From Eledone cirrhosa (taxonomy: Eukaryota): DNA of 64,000 nt. Positions 54,364-64,000 of the stretch are shown here, in pieces. The translations under genes were made by a program, and so were the position numbers. The number at the start of each line of letters is the position of its first letter. The first letter of the stretch is position 1. A model generated the notes under the pieces. That model did no database searches. It saw only the letters and a program-made list of their open reading frames with translations, and was not told the origin of the DNA. Where the stretch lies: the NCBI GenBank assembly GCA_964016885.1, contig OZ024741.1:109616001-109680000 (forward strand). Reading direction: 5' to 3'.

Positions 54364-55517
54364 TAGCAGCTGAGCCCGGTTGCACCCGGGGCCACTTTTT
54401 ATTAAGTTAATAATTTGAAAAATGTTATTGAAAGTTTATTATAAAGAAGCAGTTTCATGGAAAAAAATAGAAATATGCACTTGGGGCTGGACGGCGTACA
54501 ATGAGAAGTGGAGCGACGTGAAAAGCGTTGTTTATTAACAGCGAAATAGCAATGTCGATGATATGCAAGTTTGAAAATGCAGATTATTAAGGTTTGTATG
54601 ATTGTTTACACTTTGATTGCCCTGGTCAGCAAGAGGGGCCTCTATATATTAATAAACTGTTAATAAACTGTTAATAAACTGTTAATAAACTGTTGCCTTC
54701 TACAGTACGTTTCATTTTCATTTTTCAATTACAGTTGCTCTATTTTATATTTAAATACTTCTATAACGATCATACAGTACCGTTTTATGAAATCGATTCT
54801 GCAGTAGAATTTTACGAAATGCCAAACCGAAAAAAGTCACTGTTTTCTAACAAAAGAAATAAAACCCTTACATTGCGAACCCCCTGTTCTAATACTGCGG
54901 TTAGTTATTTCCCCCTCTTCTAATAAACGTTTAATATATAGATGCCCCTCTTGCTGACCAGGGCAATCAAAGTGTAAACTATCATACAAACTTTCATAAT
55001 CTGCATTTTCAAACTTGCATATCATCGACATTGCTATTTCGCTGTTAATAAACAACGCTTTTCACGTCGCTCCACTTCTCATTGTACGCCGTCCAGCCCC
55101 AAGTGCATATTTCTATTTTTTTTCCTGAAACTGCTTCTTTATAATAAACTTTCAATAATATTTTTAAAAAACAGCGAAAGAACGTTGTGTTTGATATGTT
55201 ATGAAAAAATTGATGAGTTTAAAAATTTGTATGAAATTGTAAATAAGACAATGAATATTGAAAGCGAGTACGGAAAATAACTCATCTAAGTATTAGAACA
55301 GGGGGAAATAACTCACCGAAAGCGATAGTAAATAGACCGTTTGGGGGCCCTAGGGACCACATTTTTCAAGTTAGAGATTTGAAACCTCGTCTATTTGCTT
55401 CCTTGGTACTTTTTACATAGGTGTGTACATCTTCATGTCCGTCCGACCACGTCTACTACCATTTAATCGTGCACAACTGAATTTCAACCACCACCCATTT
55501 CATAAAAATATATTAGA
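54363..55517 (-). mobile_element. Non-autonomous Helitron with ~240-bp internal inverted repeat
   Basis: 5' TC at 55517; hairpin cccgggtgcaaccggg + CTAG at 54363-54366; arms 54414-54653 / 54931-55168. Confidence 0.75.
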
Positions 55518-55792
55518 TATATACAAATACATTGTAGGTCGCTTTAACCCGTCTTTTATTATTCAAAAAACTTCTTGCCAATAAACATTAACCCTTTGTG
55601 CGCCATTCATCTAACTGTAGACCAACAAATACCAAGTAAACGGAGCGTTGACAATAACGATGGCAAATGAATCTTCGAGGTAAGCAGTTTCCTCCTGAGC
55701 TGTTAGTTCAGGCGGGATTCTCTGCAATACCTTTTCGTAATAATACCGAACAACGTACTGCTGGTCACTCCTTCCTCCAAAAGCCGTACAAA

Positions 55793-55874
<82 letters not shown>

Positions 55875-55894
55875 ATATATATATATATATGTTA

Positions 55895-56375
55895 TAAGAG
55901 CAGATTAAAGTTTAAGCAAAGAATCGCTGCTTTCAACATTAACGGGATCTTCTGAAACTAAAAAATTTAATCTGTGAACGCAGAAGTAAATATTTCGAGA
56001 AACGTTGCAGCCGAACGAAAACAGGAAGACGATATTTTGGTTCGTGAAGACGTTCCCTGGTAATGAACGGAAAAAAAGCGAGGATAATACGTCGTTATGT
56101 GGCTCGAAAAGAACAATTTCATGCAAAGACAAGACCAAGTTTATGGTATAAATGGAGTCGTTAGGCTAATATTCTATTTAAAATAACAGAATGATTTCCA
56201 GCCCCAGAGTTTAAGAATTATGTAAATAAAATTGAAAACGAAAATGACAAAGGTTATTAAAATAGTAAAAGTAAATAGTGAAGATTTAGGCCAGTACATA
56301 CGTATGCCCCGACAGACATACACATACACAAATACATACACACTCACACACACTCACACTCACACACACACACAC

Positions 56376-56429
<54 letters not shown>

Positions 56430-56883
56430 GCACGCACGCGCACACGCGTATGTATAAACCTTATGCATTTCTACAGTATTTTCACCAAACTTAAGACAGG
56501 TTACTTATGTACTCTGGATAGTCATGAGCACTTTCATTTTTCCAGATATTGATTATAGGGCCTCTCGGCAGATAACCCCCTTTAACCACTTCCTTGGAGT
56601 CGATTGAAGCACTGCAGGCAATGCAACAAAACGTCATAACTTCTGGAGTTCGCAACCGATTTTCACAAAACTTGACATATGGGCTACGTTTGTCCTACAG
56701 ATGGATGTGAACTCTCAGAATTGGCACATATTGAGTAGGGCACTCCTGGGGGCAGGAACCCCCTTTTGGAAAAAGCCGATGATTTTGTAAAAGTATAGTT
56801 TTCGAAGCAGCACTGAAGTATTGACATAAATGGTATACACAACTGCTATTTAATACCTGAGCAACGTCGGGTACCTCTGCTAG
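55895..56883 (+). mobile_element. Non-autonomous Helitron with internal (CA)n
   Basis: 3' acctgagcaacgtcgggt...CTAG|T; second copy at 35341-36195(-). Confidence 0.85.
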
Positions 56884-56973
56884 TATACAAATAGATGTGT
56901 GATTTGGTAGTTTGGGAGAAAATAGAATTATCGATTGTATGGCTCTCTCCCTCCCCCAGTTCCACCACCCCCG

Positions 56974-57096
<123 letters not shown>

Positions 57097-57987
57097 GAGA
57101 TCGTTAGAGAAAGTAGCCTCGCAGTGTTGGTGTACTTCTCTCTTCATACAGCTGTCACATCCTGGATGTTCAGCTTCAGCAAATGAGGAAGTGTAGATTG
57201 GGTGTCCATGCCTGCTTCCCACTACATGACCACCCGAATCCATTAGTGAAACATGGTATATATTCGACTGCCAGAAGTACACAGCACTCCTTGTAATGCT
57301 AACCAGGAAATTTACTTTTCTTCTTGGGACTGCGCCTGTCTATCCTTCTGACTAACCAGGGATCACTAGCGAATTAACCACGGACGTTTTCAGACTGCTA
57401 TATCCGCACTAATCTTCTGCGCCATCAGACAACTGAGTGCACAAGTGAAACTCCAGAGTAGCAAAACACAACACTTAGCAATAATAAAATATATATGGGG
57501 TGGGGTGTATGTGTTTGTGTGTGCGTGTGTCTCTGTGCGCATGTGTGTGGTGATGCATTGCTTACATTGCTTAATGATTACAGAGTAAGAAAATCGATTA
57601 AAGATGTTTATTGTTTTTTTTGTTTTTTTACAGGGAAATTCGTATTTTCTGGCATGTTTACATGGCTACATATTAGATATATGTATATATTTATACACGT
57701 TGGTGCAGTTTCCGTTACACACTCTGTATTTATACAGATATAAAGAACTTCTTTTCCACTTTTCCATAAAAAGCATGAAACTAATAAGACTTTTTGTACC
57801 ACTGTTTGTTGTCTTCTTGAACTGTATTTTCCACACTTACACAGCAAACTTTGTATTTCGAACCTCGATATTTAACTACGCCTTGTGACTTCTCTATTTT
57901 GCCATTCTGAATAGCTAGTAGATTACCCACGGACCTCAAATATGTGGATTTTTATTGAACTGCTCTTCTCTGCATTAATCACCCGTA

Positions 57988-58075
<88 letters not shown>

Positions 58076-58094
58076 CTTTCTCTCTCTCTGCTTA

Positions 58095-58283
58095 TGAAGG
58101 TATCCCGGAAAAACCCATATCTTGGGAACCCGTGCTCCGATTTACGCGAAACTTGTTTTATTCCATTTGTATTCCCGTTTCAAGGTCAACTTCCTTTCAA
58201 AGTACTTTCCCATTATGCGCTCTTTTGACTGTATTACATTACAGACAAGCAAGCAAGCAATCACAGAGTTTTAGTAATATATG

Positions 58284-58285
<2 letters not shown>
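58095..58285 (-). mobile_element. Helitron 5' part (family of 7690-8335)
   Basis: Reverse complement of 7690-7880, followed by the same (GA)n. Confidence 0.75.
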
Positions 58286-58340
<55 letters not shown>

Positions 58341-58432
58341 TATAAATATTATAATACTCCAGATGAATTTTTGTACAGTGCTTCATATCTGTTATAAATT
58401 TAACTTTGTTGAATATTCATCAGCAATTATTA

Positions 58433-58475
<43 letters not shown>

Positions 58476-58484
58476 TTTTTTTTT

Positions 58485-58646
58485 ATACTTTGGGAGGGTC
58501 ATGTTGCCAATAAGAAACACACGCACAAGTTGCTTTCACTCCAATTTATTATAAATTTAAAAAAAAAAAAAAAAATTTATAATAAATTGGAGCGAAAGCA
58601 GCTGGTGCGTGTGTTTCTTATTGTCAACATGACCCTCCCAAAGTAT
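58485..58646. mobile_element. Fold-back made of two inverted copies of the PLE 3' terminus
   Basis: Both ~73-bp arms match 61434-61503; poly-A loop; adjacent to (TA)n. Confidence 0.92.
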
Positions 58647-59281
58647 CGGTTTCAACACACATTTTCAGATAAAGAATCTTGCTAAACAAATTCAGGAACG
58701 AAATATAGCTCCCACATTAATCAACTTTGTTCAAATTTTACACTACGCTAGATCTGATTTTTTCACGTCTTAAAATGGTTTTACATTTTGGACTTTTTGC
58801 TCAGGAACGGCGTGGCAGCCGCTTAAATATTCGAAAATACCACCTTTTCGTTCAAATTTCCGCCTTTTCGGCTCTAGCTCCCACATTTTTCAACCGATTT
58901 CGTTCAAATTCTAAACTTCGGCTCCACCTCACACATAAATCAATTTATTTAGTTCAACTTTTATACTACGATAGAACCTATCATTGCACATCTTATAGAT
59001 GGTCAAAGGCAAAACGATGGCCACTGACGTCGTCTGAGCTTTTAGTTGTGTATTTGAGAATTCATCGGTTTCCAATCAAGTAGCGTTAGGAAATTTAGCT
59101 TAGTGTTAGAGGTCATTAGCTCCCCCCCCCCAGCATGCCCCTTCGTCAGTCACCCGCGTTTCTCAGTAATAGAGGTGATCACCACCCTCCCCCACATGGC
59201 CTGTGTGTGGCCATAGATGAGTCATCGAGAAGCAGTCGCTAAGATCAACACCTTTTCATGAAAGCAGATATTATTTTACCT

Positions 59282-59459
<178 letters not shown>

Positions 59460-59460
59460 T

Positions 59461-59820
59461 TATTAAAATAACAGATTTAAGTTTAAGCAAAGAATCGCTG
59501 CTTACACCCTTAACGGGATCTTTTGAAACTAAAAAAATCAATCTGTGAACGCAGAAGTAAATATTTCGAAAAACGTTGCAACCGAAGGAAGACAGGAAGA
59601 CGATACTTCGGTTCGTGGAAACGTTCCCTGGCAATGAACGGAAAAAACGAAGATAATACGGCATTATGTGGACCAATGAGAACAATTAAACGCAAAGACA
59701 AAACCATGTTTATGGTATAACTGAAGTCGTAGACTAAAATTCTATTTAGGAAACCGAATGATTCTCGGCTTCAGAGTTAAGAATAATGTAAATAAATTAC
59801 AGAGGTTATTGAACTCAAAA
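59461..59820 (+). repeat. Helitron-associated dispersed family copy
   Basis: Matches 27030-27507(-) and the start of 55895. Confidence 0.8.
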
Positions 59821-60509
59821 AATTAAATATATCCATGCACGAATCCATATACGTATATACACGAAAACACCCGCCATGGGTATGCAAATAGAGGCACGTA
59901 CACTAAACCACGCGCACACATACACAAGCCCACGCAACGCCTGTACCCGCACACATACGAACGTATACACCAAATACACATAAAACATATATAAAAAATA
60001 TATATATACACATGTGTGTGTGTGTGCGCGAATACATATAATTATATAAACGTATATAAATATACACACATAAATACGCATTTAACGCGCGCACACACAC
60101 ACCTACATGTAAATACACATATGTTCGCTTAACGTACGTCAACCAAAACACAACGTACACATATACACACACCCTATGTGTGTGTATATGTGTAATAGGT
60201 ACTTCATAAACAAAATTCGGATATGGTTGTGTTCATTCCTGTAATCAATAAAATTTCAGCATTTTTATATAATATTCTTGACGTGGAAATTAAAGCCTTT
60301 TCATATGTAACGTTACTTTTCTTTTCTTTCCCGGTCAGACATGTCACAGACAAATTTATCGACAAGTAGAAAATACATTTCCACATTTTTGTGATTATAG
60401 TAGGATAAAGCTATCTCATCTGTTATTCAGCATTTCATCTTTTGACTGAATATATACATATTCTATACATATTCTATATACATATTCTATCTCTCTTTCT
60501 CTCTGTCTA

Positions 60510-60572
<63 letters not shown>

Positions 60573-60587
60573 ATTTATATATATATG

Positions 60588-60619
<32 letters not shown>

Positions 60620-60621
60620 CA

Positions 60622-60659
<38 letters not shown>

Positions 60660-60760
60660 GAGAGAAAGGGAGAAAGAGAGAGAGAAAGAGAGCATAAACC
60701 TTTGTTTACTGCCTCTCTGTTTTATTCCGCTTCCATTTTTCACTATATATATATATATAT

Positions 60761-60884
<124 letters not shown>

Positions 60885-60979
60885 TGAATGTATATATACA
60901 TATATATGTATGAATATATATATATATATATATGAATGCATGTGTATAGATATATACATATATATATATATACATATAG

Positions 60980-61117
<138 letters not shown>

Positions 61118-61312
61118 AGAACAAAAGATGGTTAAAAGAGTTCCATGTATTTTATTATGCGCATTTCAAAAACAAATATCATCATGCAATAATATTTGTG
61201 TTTTCATCAGATAAAACAGGAAGACATGATATGAAGGTTAAAAAGCACTTGTGGATAGTTCAGTTTTAAATCAACATATTAATATATATATATATTAGTA
61301 TATATATATATA

Positions 61313-61376
<64 letters not shown>

Positions 61377-61573
61377 TATATATATATATTAATATATATA
61401 TATGTTTATATATATATATTAATATATATTGTTATACTTTGGGAGGGTCATATTGCCAATAAGAAACACACGCACCAGTTGCTTTCACTTCAATTTATTA
61501 TAATAAATTTATAATAAATTTATAAATTTCTGGTTGGTTGGTTGGTTCCACAACCAGATAGTTGTTTATATAT

Positions 61574-61618
61574 AGTCATAGTTCTTTCGTCACACACTCT
61601 GTGACCTCTTCAGTGACT
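61574..61618 (-). ncRNA. Minimal hammerhead ribozyme in the PLE pLTR
   Basis: aguca CUGAAGA g GUCAC agagugu GUGAC GAAA GAA CUA ugacu; 5-bp stems I and II, very short stem III. Confidence 0.75.
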
Positions 61619-61818
61619 GGGGATTCCTTTCTTTGTTTCTGTGCCTCTCCTTTGTTCTGTCCTACGCCATTTTGTTTCTGTGTGTGTGGTGTGTGCTCAG
61701 TCTGCGCATGCGCCACATGCGGGTGTCTGTGTGTGTTTATATTCGTTTATTTATTTGTTTATTTACATGTTACCGGTTGGTTGTTTGTTCTATGTGTGTG
61801 TGTGTTTTCATTTTGTCC

Positions 61819-64000
61819 TTAATTGTAAGTTGTGATGTTGCTGTTCCACTCATATTTTCTATATAATTTTGGTTGTAATTCTTTTATGTTTAATGCCTCT
61901 GTGATTTGTCTAAACATTGCGTTTTTTCTGTGTGTAGATTCTATTTTTATTTCTATGTTCTCTAATTTACCCTTGTGTTCTATTTTAGCATGTTGGTAGA
62001 GTACAGATGATTCTTTACTATCTTGAAGGTCTCGCCAGTGTTCATTTATCCGTTCCCCTACACTACGAGCTGTCTCACCTATGTACACTATATTTTTGTC
62101 TCTACATTGTCCTTCAGTACATCTTATGCTATACACAACATTTCTAGTTTTGCAGTTAATATGGGGGCTTATTTTACAGGTTATACATTTCTTATCTATA
62201 CATGAGGGTCTTTGGAAAGGGTATGTCTTGCTAATAGGTGTTTTTGCGGAGGTACCTGGTCTTTCTACTTTCTTAATATTGAGTTTATGTTTATTTAGGG
62301 CCCTTCTAAATTTGTAAGCTAATTCACCTCTATGGGTTGTATCGATGAACATTACACTCTGGTATTTATTGCTATCATACCATGAGTTTATTCTCTTAGC
62401 CTTGTTCCTAGTTCTTTCTATTCTATTCCAAAATTTGCTCCTATACAAGGGGCAGGTCCCATTTATGTCATTATTTACCATTTTTTCCCATTTAGTTCTG
62501 GTTCCTCTAAACACTCTGATTTTATCTCTCTGATTGTAGCCAGAGAACTGCATACGGTGGATGAAGTGTTGTATGTGTCTCTCTAGTTCTTCGGGGTTGC
62601 ACATGCGGGACACGTTTCTCATCACCCGTACCAAATCCGCAATCAGTATGTTGATTTTGGTATGGTCCGAAACGGCCGAGTTTCGGTGGATCAGATGTTT
62701 GGAAGTCATGGGTTTGGCATAATGGGAATGGAGGATTTGTTTTTTGTTATTGATGGTATCTAACCAGAGCTCTGTGTCTAGTACAGGTAATCGATGGTTG
62801 GGGTGTTTACTTGGGTAGTCTATAGTAACTCTAATGCTCTGGTGGATGGAGTTAGCTATTTGCTGGATGCTCTCCATTGTGTTTTTCTCTAGTTCCTGAC
62901 TGTTCTCTAGTGGGGGTGTCTTAACTACGATGTTTATATCATCAACCTAGCGGGAGTACATTATCACGGTTAAGGGGTCTTCTAATTGTTCTTCAAGTTT
63001 AAGTTTAAGTCTACTGTCCCACCATACCATGAATAATTTAGCTATGTCGCCTGCAATGCTAACACCAATGGCTGCTCCTTCCTCTTGGGCATATGTTTTT
63101 CCATTAAATTTGAACATATGTTCCTTAAGCGTTAGTTTTATGCTGGCCCCTACCGCATGTGCAATCATTTTCTTCAGTTCATCGTGGTTTTCGGGTGTCC
63201 GTATGGCTCTGGTCCACCCGTTCCATCTATATGTGTGGGTTTTCTTGGCCATTGAGGTAATGGTAGGTGGTCTGCCTCTTGCTGGTCTTGTAGGGCACAG
63301 GTTGCTAAGGTCATATGTGTCTAGGTAATTATTACTATAGGTAAGTTTAAGTAGGAGTCCCAGCTCACTGGTATCAATCCCACGGAACTCAACATTGCTC
63401 TCACTGATCATTTCTACGCATTTCTCCACAGCAAAATCCACGTCAATAGATGGATACAGGGACACAACATCCATACTACCTATTATGCAGTTTGTTAGGT
63501 CCCTAGATCGGTTACTCACGCCGATTCTGCTGAGGAGGTCCTCCGTGCTGTCACATACATCTGGGGACATTTCAATGATGGGGCGTATGATCAGGGAGAG
63601 GAAGTAGGACAGTCTGTAGTTACTAGCAATGTTAGCTCCACAGACTGGCCGTGTTGGTGGTCCCGCGACAGGGTCACTGCCCGTTTTATGGTCTTTTCGA
63701 AGCCCATACAACGCCGGCACGTCATTGTTCCAGGCCTGCAAGTTGTTGGCAGTCCTTTTGTTGGGCTGCATTATATTCGTCCACATCACCATATGGGCAT
63801 TGGGGGCTTTTTCTCTATCCTCATGCTCCTGTGGTGTTACCTCTCTTGTGCTAGTGATGTGGGGTTGCATTGCCTGGATGTAGTTTGGCAGGCTGTCAAC
63901 CGACATTCTGCCAGACTTGTCTGTTGGAAAGCATGCTATCTCTCCATTACGCGAGCGCTGCATGAGCTTACGCAAGCCATTTGCAGATTTTTCTCCCAGT
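61819..64000 (-). pseudogene. PLE RT-GIY-YIG ORF with one in-frame TAG
   Basis: SMDVVSLYPSID, QEEGAAIG, YSR*VDD (TAG 62949-62947), LPVLDT, CIDKKCITC...C, NVVYSIRC...YIGETAR..ERINEH; both track ORFs are in one frame. Confidence 0.92.

Larger units (their letters stand above)
61430..64000 (-). mobile_element. Penelope-like element (RT + C-terminal GIY-YIG, Cys-rich linker; Neptune/Nematis-like) ending in (TA)n
   Basis: ORF motifs, a pLTR with hammerhead, and a 3' end joined to (TA)n. Confidence 0.93.

Overview
Eukaryotic, AT-rich, microsatellite-saturated DNA. The tRNA-derived SINE family and the (TA)n/(GT)n landscape look like an Octopus/cephalopod genome (inference). No host gene could be supported; most of the ORF track is microsatellite or antisense noise. 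Identifiable content: two diverged Tx1-type non-LTR retrotransposons (1-5569 minus, ORF2 apparently intact; 48167-53813 plus, decayed); a Penelope-like element (PLE) with RT + C-terminal GIY-YIG (61430-64000 minus); a decayed Tc1/mariner; several non-autonomous Helitrons; a hAT MITE; RTE and CR1 fragments; and many SINEs. The most striking hidden structure is a population of about a dozen short fold-back (palindromic) inserts, most sitting in or next to (TA)n tracts. Many carry intact or decayed minimal hammerhead ribozymes and share a (TA)n-tail-arm-loop-inverted arm-(TA)n design. One is built from the 3' terminus of the PLE family in this window. A second finding is a conserved 36-39 nt GT-AG micro-intron-like spacer over the ORF1 stop codon in both Tx1 elements. 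All structures were read by eye, so coordinates may be off by a few bases.
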